Assembly (NCBI RefSeq): GCF_009914755.1
Contig: NC_060927.1
Strand: one strand, 5' to 3'
From: the human T2T-CHM13v2.0 reference genome, Homo sapiens
Length of the DNA: 64,000 nucleotides
A model generated the notes under the pieces. It ran no database searches. It was not told where the DNA came from and saw only the letters and a program-made list of their open reading frames with translations. Positions 1 to 16,899 of the stretch are shown here, in pieces. Each line of letters opens with the position of its first letter. Position 1 is the first letter of the stretch. Both the position numbers and the translations under genes were made by a program.

Positions 1-2666
1 GTTCTGACCATAGTCTGCCTGGAAATTAGCTGCTGCTAGTGGAACGGCACAGATGAGAGGTCTGCCTTGCCAAATGCATGGGAACTGACTGGATCTAACT
101 GCCACCTGCTAATCCCTACTCCCTGTGTGACCTCTTCTGTGCAGCAGAGGTCACTACATTCATCCCTGTAACATTATCCAGTGGCCAGAGAACTGTCCCC
201 CAACCCCCACAGGGGCCATTGCTTGCCCCACACATGGAGAGCCAGAGCACAGATTTGCTGACCTAGCCCCTAAATGGCTTTACCCTATCCCCTCCTCCAG
301 TAGCTTAACACAAAGGACAGAAGCTTTTGGGAGCTCTGTGGCCCCACCCATCACCTGAGAAACCAGAGTAGCTCCGCATGGTAACATAAGGCAAGCAGAA
401 ATCCCACCACTCTACCATAGCTGGTGCTCTTTTGCACGTGCCACCTCCTGGCTGGAGGCCAACTGACATTCCATTACAGCATCTGCAGGTAGAATAACTC
501 TGTTCCCAGGACGGAGAAAATTTGTACATGACCTAAGCTATTACAATTAACTGCACCCCCCTGGCTAACCTGGAAATCCTGAGTCTGTCCACATGACCTG
601 TTGATTACTTATACAACTGGCATTTGAGAAAGCCCACACACCAAGGCTATTTTATAACCAAGAAATCTTAATCTAATGAATGTCACTCCTCTGCCACCCC
701 CATCAGAGCTGGTGCTGGCCCCTGCTGCCAGGAGCCTTGATGACAGTTGACATCATTGGATCCCTTACAGACAATGCCCAGCACCAGCCTGAAGTGTGGC
801 AGCCACACTGGGCAGCTAGAACTGGAGAACAAACAGCATTCACAGTAGTCTGGCCCTCAGGGACTCTTAGTCTTAGGGGAAAAGGGAGTGACCACATCAA
901 GGGAACACCCCTTGATGAACAAAAGAATTCAAATGACAGGCCTTGGGTCCCAGATCTTTCCACTAGTGGGAAGTTTGTTTCAGCAGAAGCCCAGTTGCTG
1001 TGCTGGGCTCCGTGGGAAAAGACTGCAGCTCTGTCTCAACAGTCAGGCAGCCTTGGTGCTTTTGACAGGTGCTGGAGAAGAGCACTTCTTTTTCCCGCTT
1101 GTCCACCACTGCAGACACAAATGGGGCTTCTAACACAAGAGTTCAGTGTGGGTGCACCTATAGGCAGTGTTTCTGGAACATTTCAGGGTAACTGCATCTC
1201 CACAAGAGGAGCGCCTTTCAGTTCAGGCTTGCACAAAAGGTAGAGTCACAGTTCCTCTCTACTTGAAACATCAACATTCCTGGAGATGGAAAGAGGTGCC
1301 TGTCTGATCTGAATAACCAGAACACTGGGTCAGGAGTATGACTGGGAAGTGGATCATTCCTGCTGGGCTGGCAGGAGAGCTGAGGTGGCTTCCACCCTTC
1401 CTCTTGATAAGACCTCTGCATTTCACTGAGACCTCCCCCAGCCACTTCTGTCAAAGCTGAGACCTCTGTCCACCGTTAAGTATTGCATTTACCCACCTGC
1501 TTTAGCCACCACTGATTTCTACCCAAGGACACCTCTCTTGCTGGCCTGAAGCCTAAACTATTCAACCCAGCAAATAAAATATTGGGAAACAAACAAACAA
1601 ACAAACAAACACTACAGGGGAATGAGATAAGCTTCAAGAGACCTCTGCCACTCCAACCCCATAGAAGACAGTGAACTTGCTCACACACTGAGCACACTGC
1701 TACTAAAACCAGCATCTGAGAAAGCCATCGTACAAAGACTCTGTTTGTTTAACCAAGGAATTTATGCAGTCTTCACCCCTGAAAGCACCAAGAGCCAAAT
1801 TAGGCTACAGTAAATTGTAAACATTAAAGTCACATCCTTAAGAGGAAGAAAAAAAAACTTCAAAAAAGAAAACTTAGTCAAATCAAAAATAAATTCAAAA
1901 ATGATTAGAAGAAATAGACCCAAATAAGAAGAAAGTAGAAAAAATAATTCTGGTAAAATGACAAAACAGGGTTCCGTAATATCCTCAAGATATGACACTA
2001 GTTCTTCACCAATGAACTCAAACCATAATGAAATCTTTAAAATACCCGATAAAAAAAGTCAAAAGGTGGGTTATTAAGCTACTCCAGGCAATACCAGAGA
2101 AAAATAAAAACCAACCTAAAGAAATTATTAAAACAATTCAGGATATATATGAAACTTTTTCTAAAGAGATAGATATTTTAAAGAAAAGCCAATCAGAACT
2201 TCTGAAACTGAAAAACACACTTAGGGAATCACAAAAGGCAACGGAATTTTTTTTTTTTTTTTTTGAGACGGTGTCTCGCTCTGTGGCCCAGGCTGGAGTG
2301 CAGTGGCGTCATCTGGGCTCACTGCAAGCTCCTCCTCCCGGATTCACGCCATTCTCCTGCCTCAGCCTCCTGAGTAGCTGGGACTACAGGCGCCCGACAC
2401 CACGCCCAGCTAATTTTTTGTATTTTTAGTAGACATGGGGTTTCACCGTGTTAGCCAGGATGGTCTTGATCTCCTGACCTCGTGTTCCTCCCTCCTTGGC
2501 CTCCCAAAGTGCTGGGATTACAGGCTCGAGCCACTGCACCCAGTCACAATGGAAAGTTTTAACAATAGACTAGAATAGGTAGAAGAAACAATTTCAGAGC
2601 TCTAAGGCAAGCCTTTCTAATTAACCCAATCAGACAAAAGTAAAGAAAAAGAATTATAAAAATGAA
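1..2666 (+). mobile_element. Old L1 (L1PB/L1M1-type) 5' UTR and start of ORF1, truncated; interrupted by AluY
   Basis: ORF1-like coiled-coil remnant in the track (..[53 protein letters not shown]..) resumes after the Alu (aacaatagactagaataggtagaagaaacaatttcagagctc). Upstream sequence resembles the L1PB 5' UTR, with an internally repeated motif at about 612-668 and 1706-1764. The element runs off the left edge. Confidence 0.8.
2247..2545 (-). mobile_element. AluY
   Basis: Poly-T followed by a full dimer with AluY diagnostics (ctgcaagctc, ttcacgccattctcc, ccgtgttagccaggatggtc). Degenerate TSD gcaacggaa / acaatggaa. Confidence 0.93.
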
Positions 2667-2824
2667 CTACAAGCACGGGCCACCATTCCCAGCTACTTTT
2701 AGTAATTTTTGGTAGAGTTTCACTGTGTTGCCTAGGCAGGTCTCAAACTCCTTGGTTTGAGTGACCCTCCTACCTCTGCCTCCTGAAGTATTGGGATTAC
2801 AGGGGTGAGCCACCATTCCAGGCT
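2667..2824 (-). mobile_element. AluJ-like fragment (left arm plus linker), fused directly to the L1 ORF1 remnant
   Basis: actacaagcacgggccaccattcccagcta...ttgggattacaggggtgagccaccattccaggct. No tail or TSD on the left side. Confidence 0.75.
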
Positions 2825-4699
2825 GAAGTTTTCATTGTATGTAAAAGGCCATTCTGTGAAAGAAGTGTGCCTGAATGGAGCACTCAATCTCCACCAAACT
2901 TTAAAGAGAAACTACAGGGATTGTGAAATTTTCCATTGTTGAAAGGAGCAGCACTGGAGATAGAAGAAAGGCATCACATTCAAAATGTCTTAGTGGCTCT
3001 GAATGTCTTTTGGATATATTTAAAAGCCAATATCCAAGATCTTGTGGAATTTTAGTAATTAACTAAAGGTCGCTCTTCTTTCAATTCAAATGACATAGCA
3101 GACATTATAATTAAATTTTGTTTAAATGAAATCATACTGATTTATATGGAATTTATTATTATGTATGTGGCAAAAGCCAGAAATAGTCTAGTAATTTTTC
3201 CTGAGAATATGCCCCATCAACTGCAGATAGAGTTTTTGCCAGCTTGAAGGGCAGCAGAGCATGCTTTGTTTGAAAGAGGCGAAATTGTTTTGTTTCCTGT
3301 GTAATGCCAGTGAATTAAGAAAAGCTCTCACAGCGATTACATATACCATTGATTTTCCACTGGAAGCTGGAACTTTGAAGGTGGCAGCTAATTTGGTCCA
3401 TAGGGAACCAAAGGATAATGTAGATATTGCATGACAGCCTCCTGATGCTGGAAAAAAGGGAAAGAATAACCCAGTTTCTCTGTCTTCCTACCCTCAATTT
3501 TACCCCCAGTGCTGCCCATTGGCTAAACCTTTATGCTGACATAGTATAAATAACAATGCAGTACGTAGTTGAAGTGTTGTTTAAGAAATCAGACCAATGA
3601 TGAAATAATAAATAATTCAGACACAAGAATTTTCTTTCTTCTCATGAGCAAGCTCTAACTGCTAAAATATTGGAGGAATATCATTTATTCTTTATTTAAG
3701 ATATGGCACATTCCTCAGGTTTGCCAACAAATGAGAATGAATAACATTTTATATTATATGAATTATATTTATGAGAGGCTGTGAAATATTCTGAAATATT
3801 AATGGCATCATGTACATTCAATTCATTACACATTTTCAAATTGAAATATATTATTTACACTATGATAGCTATATATATATCTCCTATATGTGTTCCTTGC
3901 TATTTTTCTAAAGTGATAAAAATGCTTACTCTATTTTTCTATTTTTATTTATAATCTCTAGAGGAATAAACAGTTATGTATTATTGTCCTCATTTTTTAC
4001 ATTAAAACAAAACAAAATGAAGAGAATTTAAATCTGGTCAAAATGATATAGTCACTTGCTAATACAAGCCATATGGTATATTTCTTCCTGATTCAGTGTG
4101 CCTCTTAAATAAATTCATTTTCCCACATATAAAAAGTATTATTTATACCTACTCATTAGTTTTACACATATGCAGAACTATATGCATTGCTTGCATATTG
4201 CTCATAATTACTTATATCTAGAATTCCATTCCATTCATAAAGATTCTAAGCACATAAAGCATGAATCAGCAATGTAAATGATCATCTGTTTCATTATCAG
4301 CTTAAAGCACAAACCTCTGGCTAAAAAGGAAAATATATTTCTCTTAGATATTACAGGATACTACCTCTCATGAGAGTTGTCCTTCCACTGTGGAGATGTT
4401 AAGTAACAAATCATAATGAAATAACATTCATATAAACCCACAGAACTTGGAGAAGAAAAATCATACATTTAGAACAATTTCCTAAGCTGTTCTTCTCAAA
4501 AGTAGAATGTTAGACAATACAATAGCATTAGTTTACATGGTTTTTTTCAGTAGACATTCATTACTAGTCAGTAAGCTGGATATAAAAAAATTAGGTGATG
4601 AGGTAACAGTCTGGTAATAAACAACTAGTGGTAAAACTTCCTCATAAAGACAACAACAAAATACTGTGTGCATTATATGCACACACACACATACACACA

Positions 4700-4930
4700 G
4701 ACACACAAAGTAGAGATGATGTTGAGATGTCTTCCTACAGGGAGGGGGGTGCAACGGGAAAGGGTTTATAAAAGAGGATGTGCTTGAGTTGAGCTTTAAA
4801 TGTTGAAATGTGATCACCAGAAAAACATGCAAGAGAAGTGTAATCCAGGCAGGAAAAATAAGATATGCAATGCACAAAAGCAGGGAACAGAGGATGTGCT
4901 CAGGACAGTTGATGTGTGTGTATTCAGGGG
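4700..4930 (-). mobile_element. L2 fragment (approximate bounds)
   Basis: Degenerate L2 motifs gaggatgtgcttgagttgagctttaaa and atccaggcaggaaaaataagatatgcaa. Confidence 0.45.
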
Positions 4931-5534
4931 GCAGGATAAATAATGAGGTAAGCAGTGGTCTGTCTCATCAAAGGGAAGCTGATGGACAATTTCCTGGAAA
5001 AATATATTGATGATTCTACTAGAGTATGATAGAATGTGCTAGCCTGGAAAAATTGTCTGCTCTCTAGGATATTCAATTCACTTAATAAGGCCTGAGGAGA
5101 AAGTTTTCAAGCCACAGCCTGTATCCAAAGAAATTTAGTTCATGAATTTAGAGCTTAAGAAAATAAATACTGGATGGGAGGTTTCTTCTTCAGTCCAGGC
5201 CTATCCAGGACCCCCAGTTTCATTTAGGTCTGTCTAGATGACTTGCAGATATAATTCTTTTGGATCTTAGAGATCTTCCTAAACTTAGGTTGAGTATTCC
5301 ATGACAGCTGATGAATTTTACACAGTCCTAACCCAATCTTTTAGGCAGTCCTAAGTACTTCAAGACTGTACAGAAGGCTGTTCTCCCATCATCAAGTACA
5401 TGATAAAATAATAATAATAACAATAAAATAAAATAAAATATTTTTTAAAAGAAGGCTGTGTAGTACATGTGAAGCCTGAATGCAACTGCTAGAAGAAGAA
5501 AGTGTTAGGTCTTCCCTTATCATGGTTAGTGGTT

Positions 5535-5665
5535 CAAATCAATTTGATTTAATTTCAGATAATTGTATTTGAGCCACTATTGTGTGTTAATACTGTACTG
5601 TAAGGGCTGTGTAGTGTACAAAGTTGAATAAGACACAGGTTCTACCCTCAAGTCTCATGACCCAA
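5535..5665 (-). mobile_element. L2 3' end fragment
   Basis: tatttgagccactattgtgtg...aagttgaataagacacaggttctaccctcaag, typical of the L2 3' end. Confidence 0.55.
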
Positions 5666-5790
5666 AATCAGATGGATGGTGATATTACAGTTGGAAAATA
5701 GTGGAACAGAGAATGCTTTTCCACTTTTTTGTTTTTTCTTTCTCTGTGTGTTCATGAAAACAACAACTTTTTGGGCGGGGTGGGGTGTGG

Positions 5791-6102
5791 TGAGACAGGA
5801 TCTCACAGGAGTGCAGTGGTGTGACTATTGCTCATTGCTGCTTCAAACTTCTAGGCTCAAGTGATCCTCCCACTTCAGCCTCCCAAGTAGGTAGGACTAC
5901 AAGTGCCAGCCACAGCATCCAGCTAATGTTTTGTTTTGTTTTGTTTTGTTTTGCTTTGTTTTGTTTAACTTTTATTTTTGTAGAGATGGGGTCTCACTAT
6001 GTTGCTCAGGCTAGTCTCAAAATCCTGGCCTCAAGCTATTGTCCTAACTTGGCCTCCCAAAGTGCTGGGATTACAGGAGTGCTTGTACTACCATGCCCAG
6101 CT
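5791..6102 (-). mobile_element. AluJ with (TTTTG)n expansion in the middle linker
   Basis: gagacaggatctcac...ggctcaagtgatcctcccacttcagcctccc...gagatggggtctcactatgttgctcaggc...cccaaagtgctgggattacagg. Confidence 0.85.
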
Positions 6103-6301
6103 AAAAATAGTAATATTTATGAGGCAGAGGTTTACCAAAGTTACGGTGAATCAGAGCAATGGCTTATAGAGATAATTTCTACCATTGGCTGTGGTCTCTT
6201 CCAACTGTAAGTCTTTAGACAGTTTTAGAGTTTTCCAGCCATGGCATGTGAACTTGTAAGAATAACAAAAGAAAAAAAAATTCCATAAATAATACAACCT
6301 G

Positions 6302-6772
6302 CTGTACCAATTAATTATACTACATAGTAAGACATCCGACACTTAGTGATTTAAAGAAATAATCTTTTTTGTTTTTTGATTCAAAGTTCTTTGGGTCTGG
6401 CAGATAGTCATCTGATTTCCATTGGCCTCATTTATGTTCTTACAGTTGCTAATGGGTCAGGCACGCTCTAATCTAGGAAGGCCTTTGCAGATGTGTGCAG
6501 TGTGTGTATTATTGGCCAGGGTGATAGAAATGACCACATAGTATGTCTCTCATCCTCTTTGATCATAAAGTTCCAAGATAGTGAGGAGACCTAGGAAAAT
6601 CCCAAGCCCTGGGCACAACATGACTTACTTACTCTGCATTCTATTGGCCAAAGAAAGACACATGGCCAGACCAGATTTAGGAAATGGGGAACCACATGCT
6701 GTGAAACTGCATTGCCAAGACCATGAACACAGGAACTAGTGAAGAATTGTGGCCATTTTTGCAAGCTACCAT
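6302..6772 (-). mobile_element. MLT1-family MaLR solo LTR (MLT1F/G/H-like)
   Basis: acttagtgatttaaag near one end; ctctgcattctattggccaaagaaagacacatggccag and gaagaattgtggccatttttgcaagctacca at the other. Confidence 0.65.
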
Positions 6773-6877
6773 GACAAAGCATTAAAGAAATTTTTAAAAC
6801 AGCACTGTAGATTTCTATTTTTTTCGTTACAGGTGCTTTATGGTGTTATGTGATTTTATATAATGAAACCTGAACTG

Positions 6878-7050
6878 GGTGGGGCATAATGACTCATGCC
6901 TACAATCCCAGCACTTTGGGAGGCTGAGTTAGGTGGAATGCTTGAGTCCAGGAGGTTTTGGTTGCAGTGAGCCATGATGGCGCTACTGCACTCCAGCCTG
7001 GTGACAGAGAAAGAGCCCGCATCAAAAAAAATTAAAAAAAAAAAAAAAAG
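6878..7050 (+). mobile_element. Alu monomer (FRAM/FAM-like, or internally deleted AluJ)
   Basis: Left-arm start (gactcatgcctacaatcccagcactttgggaggctgag) joined to a right-arm end (ggttgcagtgagccatgatggcgctactgcactccagcctgg), then an A tail. Confidence 0.8.
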
Positions 7051-9169
7051 GCAAATAAACAGAAAACCCTGAAATGACCTGTAATATGAGAAATAGGATC
7101 ATTGTCTACCTGAGGTTAGATTAGCTAAGAGGATACCCAAAATATGTTACAAGACTAATTTAATCAAGGACAGAAACCAAACATTACTTCCACAAGCAAT
7201 CCATGTGATTGTAGAGTTTCTACCAAAGTCTAAAAACACCAACTTAAAAACCTATTTTTTAAGTTCCCCTTTGTTTTTGAGACTGAAGATCTTGTGCTAT
7301 AACATCAAGCATCTGGTGCTTAATCTCTACAAATAAGAAGTTTCCCTTTCTGATGTCCTGAGTGCAATTTCAATATGGTCAGTTGCCCTCTTGATAAATC
7401 TTTGTCCTATCTTTTCTGTATATTTTTGCCCAGTCTTACCATTGAGAGACCATGATATAGCTCTGGGGATGTGGCATTAATGTTGCCTGTTGCCGGGACA
7501 TTGATACTAGCCTAAGAATAAAAGCCTGCATCGATAATCTGGTTCTTCATCCAGTGTATGAGACAGAAGTGTCTGGAATCCCTTGCACCTTTGTTAAAAG
7601 TCACACATTTTAAAACTCTATGCCTTCAGATTCCTGGAAGTGCTATAATAGTACACTAACTCTGGTAGGAGCCCCACTGGTGGCTGAAGTCCAGTTATGG
7701 AGATACAAGGCAGGGATGATGATTTTGAGCATATGTTACAGCCAGTGTGGGAAAAAGGCAGGGCTCCTGCTTCCCCTCTTGATCCTTCTGAGATGAAAAT
7801 AACAAGATTTATTGCAAGTTTCATGGCCTTAAAAACAGGCCAGCAACCTCCATGTTTTCTTTTCCCAACAGAAAGTGTGAGCACACATTGTGTACATAGC
7901 TTGACCTAAGTAAAATAACTCAACCAATCCATGTTTACATTTCACTGCTGGTGTTCCAAACAATCAGGATGAGCCTAGTGGCCAGTCCTGGCAGACAGCA
8001 TAGTGTTTGTCTTTCTTCCATTGGTGCCCTAGGTGTTAGCTTCCCTTCTGATTGGCATTAGTGTCTGCAGCTGTTCCTGCTGTCTGAAGCTAATGATTCC
8101 CTATCATGTGCCTCCCAGTAATGGTAGTGTTTTATTTCATCCATTCACTCGTTCAACAAACATTAGATGAAACCTACTATTCAATAAGATTTTTGTAAAA
8201 GCACTCCAAGATGACAAGAATATTTTATTTTTGTGGCTAACAGCAAATAGATAAAACCCAAATACACTGATTCTTCTTTCAAATCTCAGATCTTTTATTT
8301 TGAGACAGCAGAGTGCAGTGGAGGAAGTCCTAGAAGAACTTCTGTGAAAAACTCCTGTAACAAGTATGCTGAAGATTTTGACCCATGGACTGAGAACAAA
8401 ATGCAACTTCAGTTTTGTCTCCCTCTTGTTGTAATTGTCTTGATCTGTAATGATTAAATGGCTTTTACTTTGACTGGTGCCTCCCAAATTGACTGTCCTT
8501 GCTGGCCTTGAGGGATGGTAAAATTCAACTGTTTTTCTTGTCCCTTTGATCTCTGCAGAGGTTCTCTGATAATCCCCCATCTCATAAAAAAAGGATAATG
8601 AGCCTCTATTCTAAGTGATGGCTGAATGCTGCATCTTCAGCTGCTGGGCATTCCACATTGCATCTTCTTCCTTCTGCTGATGCCCCCATGAGGTGGCCTT
8701 ATGACACAGGATCCAAAGTCGTACGTTGACTCTTTGACTTTACATGGCCCACATCTGACCCACAGCAAATAGTGACATTTTCTGTGCCAACTTTGGATGT
8801 TTATGCAATCTCAGTGCAGCACTTTTTTGACACTACCACCAAGGTATGGGTATGGCCTATCAAGTGGTTCTCTTGAAGTCCTCTTCATGAAGCTTATGTT
8901 TAGAAGTTAGCATGCCCCAAACTTTCCCCTAAAGTTTGGAGGCACACATCAAATCAAGAGCTTTCTCCAGAGAAATTTCCTTACCAATCTCTTTTCCTTT
9001 CCACCGTCTCTGATATGTTTCTATGCACTTAACCTGGCAGAGGTGCAAGAGCCATGTTTTTGTGACATTTTCTTTGAATGTCAGCACATGGGGATGGGGG
9101 TGTCTGGCACATCCTCTGCTATCTGATAGTTTTTTGTGGTACCTCAGTTGAAACCTGAGGCAGGCACAG

Positions 9170-9520
9170 TCCCATGCTAACTTCCTATTAACACTCACTA
9201 TATAACTTTGCAGAAACAATTTAATTTTCTGGATCTGTATTTCCTCCTTCATAAAACAAGAGAGTTAAAGCTCAATCTCTAGGGTCCCTTGCAGCTCTCA
9301 AATTTGGTGGTTTTTGCAGTTAAATTTCCATAGACAGTGTAACAAAATAGAAAACACATTGAGATAGTTGTCATGAGAGTTAATCCCAGCTATAATCCCA
9401 TTGACAAATTGAACAACCTTAAGCAAGCAAGTCTCAATTTTTCTAGAACTCAGTTTTCTCATATGTAAAGGGATGAGGAATCACCAGATGACTTGTAAGG
9501 GTCTCTTCCAAAGCTAAATT
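9170..9520 (+). mobile_element. Two tandem MIR/MIR3 fragments (about 9170-9305 and 9375-9520)
   Basis: MIR core ctcagttttctcatatgtaaa and 3' motifs tctagggtcccttgcagctct / taagggtctcttccaaagcta. Confidence 0.55.
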
Positions 9521-10404
9521 ATATTTCTTTATCATTTATTATTTCTGGATATGTCCTCAGTTACAAATATGTATTTTATCACACACAAAATAAGATCTAA
9601 AACAGGAAAAATATTGCAATTAAGCACAAAATGTAGCTGAGAAACCTCGGGTCTGGCAAAAGCATAATAGAAAATGCAAGATTTAATGCACTTCAATAGT
9701 TTGAAAGGCTTCATGTTATGAGAACCAGTGGGCAGTTTTAGTATCTGAAAACTTGGTTGCTGATTCAGTTTTAGCCTCTTCCTCAGCTGTATGAGCACCG
9801 AAAAATCACAAAATCTTTTGAACTTTATTGAAATAATATGTATTTAATGGAATTGATTTAAGGACCACATGACATAAATTTGAAAGTAATTTTTAAATGG
9901 AAAGAATAAAACAAATATGGGTTATTATACTTAAATACATTAAATGCTGTAGAAAGAAAATAATCATTTTTTCTACTTATAAAGAATGATGATGAGAGAG
10001 TAATGCATTGATTATCACCAGTATCTGCAAGGTGATTGCAGAATATCTTGTAATATAACTGGAAGCAAGAGGGGCATGAAAACCATTGGCTGGAAGGTGA
10101 AGTAGACTCTGGTTGCTAGTGAGGGATACATTCCAAGACCTTTGTGATTCTGCTAACTAGAAATATTTGTCCAGGCTCTTGGTTTTCTCTCAAATCGCAT
10201 TTCAGTCAAGCCACATGTTTCCTGTGAATATCCTCATGTGAGTAATTGGAGCATAGAATAAAACATTCCAGTCATACTTTATTTTGTTTCCACAGAGAGT
10301 GGAGTATGCTTGTTCGTATCACTGTTCCAAGTCTTTGCAAAAATATGCATTTTGCTTTTTAATGTACCTAAAACTTCTGTTATCTAAATAAGAACTATCA
10401 ATCA

Positions 10405-11304
10405 GGGGAGGAGCCAAGATGGCCGAATAGGAGCAGGTTCTACAGCTCCCAGCGTGAGCGACGCAGAAGACGGGTGATTTCTGCATTTCCATCTGAGGTA
10501 CCGGGTTCATCTCACTAGGGAGTGCCAGACAGTGGGCGCAGGCCAGTGGGTGCGCGCACCATGTGCGAGCTGAAGCAGGGCCAGGCATTGCCTCACCTGG
10601 GAAGCGCAAGGGGTCAGGGAGTTCCCTTTCCGAGTCAAAGAAAGGGGTGACAGACGCACCTGGAAATCAGGTCACTCCCACCCAAATATTGCGCTTTTCA
10701 GACCGGCTTAAAAAACAGCGCATCACGAGACTATATCCCACACCTGGCTCAGAGGGTCCTACACCCACGGAATCTCACTCATTGCTAGCACAGCAGTCCG
10801 AGATCAAACTGCAAGGCAGCAGCGAGGCTGGGGGAGGGGCGCCCGCCATTGCCCAGGCTTGCTTAGGTAAACAAAGCAACCAGGAAGCTCGAACTGGGTG
10901 GAGCCCACCACAGCTCAAGGAGGCCTGCCTGCCACTGTAGGCTCCACCACTGGGGGCAGGGCACAGACAAACAAAAAGACAGCAGTAACCTCTGCAGACT
11001 TAAATGTCCCTGTCTGACAGCTTTGAAGAGAGCAGTGGTTCTCCCAGCACGCAGTTGGAGATCTGAGAACCGGCAGACTGCCTCCTCAAGTGGGTCCCTG
11101 ACCCCTGACCCCCGAGCAGCCTAACTGGGAGGCACCCCCCAGCAGGGAAACACTGACATCTCACACGGCAGGGTATTCCAACAGACCTGCAGCTGAGGGT
11201 CCTGTCTGTTAGAAGGAAAATGAACAAACAGAAAGGACATCCACACCAAAAACCCATCTGTACATCACCATCATCAAAGACCAAAAGTAGATAAAACCAC
11301 AAAG
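10405..11304 (+). promoter_or_regulatory. L1 5' UTR internal sense promoter and antisense promoter; YY1 site caagatggcc at 10415-10424
   Basis: CpG-rich relative to the flanks; YY1 motif intact. Promoter activity is established for young L1PA 5' UTRs but is not shown for this copy. Confidence 0.7.
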
Positions 11305-12320
11305 ACGGGGAAAAAACAGAACAGAAAAAATGGAAACTCTAAAACGCAGAGCGTCTCTCCTCCTCCAAAGGAACGCAGTTCCTCACCAGCAACGGAACAA
11401 AGCTGGATGGAGAATGACTTTGACGAGCTGAGAGAAGAAGGCTTCAGACGATCAAATTACTCTGAGCTATGGGAGGACATTCAAACCAAAGGCAAAGAAG
11501 TTGAAAACTTTGAAAAAAATTTAGACGAATGTATAACTAGAATAACCAATACAGAGAAGTGCTTAAAGGAGCTGATGGAGCTGAAAACCAAGGCTCGAGA
11601 ACTACGTGAAGAATGCAGAAGCCTCAGGAGCCGATGTGATCAACTGGAAGAAAGGGTATCAGCAATGGAAGATGAAATGAATGAAATGAAGCGAGAAGGG
11701 AAGTTTAGAGAAAAAAGAATAAAAAGAAATGAGCAAAGCCTCCAGGAAATATGGGACTATGTGAAAAGACCAAATGTACGTCTGATTGGTGTACCTGAAA
11801 GTGATGGGGAGAATGGAACCAAGTTGGAAAACACTCTGCAGGATATTATCCAGGAGAACTTCCCCAATCTAGCAAGGCAGGCCAACGTTCAGATTCAGGA
11901 AATACAGAGAACGCCACAAAGATACTCCTCGAGAAGAGCAACTCCAAGACACATAATTGTCAGATTCACCAAAGTTGAAATGAGGAAAAAATGTTAAGGG
12001 CAGCCAGAAAGTAAGGTCGACTTACCCTCAAAGGGAAGCCCATCAGACTAACAGCGGATCTCTCGGCAGAAACCCTACAAGCCAGAAGAGAGTGCGGGCC
12101 AATATTCAACATTCTTAAAGAAAAGAATTCTCAACCCAGAATTTCATATCCAGCCAAACTAAGCTTCATAAGTGAAGGAGAAATAAAATACTTTACAGAC
12201 AAGCAAATGCTGAGAAATTTTGTCACCACCAGGCCTGCCCTAAAAGAGCTCCTGAAGGAAGCGCTAAACATGGAAAGGAACAACTGGTACCAGCCGCTGC
12301 AAAATCATGCCAAAATGTAA
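11305..12320 (+). pseudogene. L1 ORF1p, disrupted
   Basis: Start codon mutated to ACG (11305-11307). The track ORF 11407-11997 matches ORF1p (MENDFDELREEGFRRSNYSEL..RNEQSLQEIWDYVKRPN) and ends at a 1-bp deletion near 11982. Native TAA at 12318-12320. Confidence 0.93.
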
Positions 12321-12356
12321 AGACCATCGAGACTAGGAAGAAACTGCATCAACTAA

Positions 12357-16208
<3,852 letters not shown>

Positions 16209-16899
16209 ACAATGAGATCACATGGACACAGGAAGGGGAATATCACACTCTGGGGACTGTGGTGGGGTGGGGGGAGGGGGGAGGGATAGCACTGGGAGAT
16301 ATACCTAATGCTAGATGATGAGTTAGTGGGTGCAGTGCACCAGCATGGCACATGTATACATATGTAACTAACCTGCACAATGTGCACATGTACCCTAAAA
16401 CTTAAAGTATAAAAAAAAAAAAAAAAAGAACTATCAATCATTTAGACTACTGGAGATTTGCTTGATTTTCAACCTCAACACTAGGCTTTCTTTGTAGTGG
16501 TAATTTAAAAGAACAGTTTCTTTTTTAATCATTAATTTAAAAAAATATATCTTTAGTATGTAGCTCAAATTCATAGTTTTTCAAAATGATCTAATATATC
16601 CTAAAATCCTTGAAACCCTGACCATTATATCCAGAATGCCAAGGTTCTATCAGCATACCTAGCATTCCTACCAGAAATACATTTCTCTATTAATTTAATT
16701 TTCCTTTTTTTTCCTATTCAGACTACTTCATATCTCTCTCCTCAAAACCCCAACATCCCTGCTTTCTCTCATTAGTGGATAATATCACCTTTTAATTAAT
16801 TGAGAAAATGAAAATAATAAGACAAGAATTCATGTTCCCAACACTAATTACTCATCTAATGACTTTCATGCAGTCACCAGCTCCTGCCTGTATCATTAT

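Noticed and set aside
680-1243. 187-aa ORF
   Set aside because: Lies within an old L1 5' UTR and has no recognisable domain; chance ORF.
612-1764. Two similar gcat.tgagaaagcc..aaccaag.aa blocks
   Set aside because: Most likely an intrinsic internal repeat of the L1PB-type 5' UTR rather than a locus-specific event.
2028-2429. 133-aa ORF, and the similar Alu-like ORFs at 5821, 21311, 24873, 37465, 46537, 55906 and 57512
   Set aside because: L1 ORF1 and/or Alu translation artefacts (AQAGVQW..LGSLQ..PPGF).
8137-8580. 147-aa minus-strand ORF, and neighbouring 7618-9252 ORFs, in unique sequence
   Set aside because: No recognisable homology or convincing splice structure.
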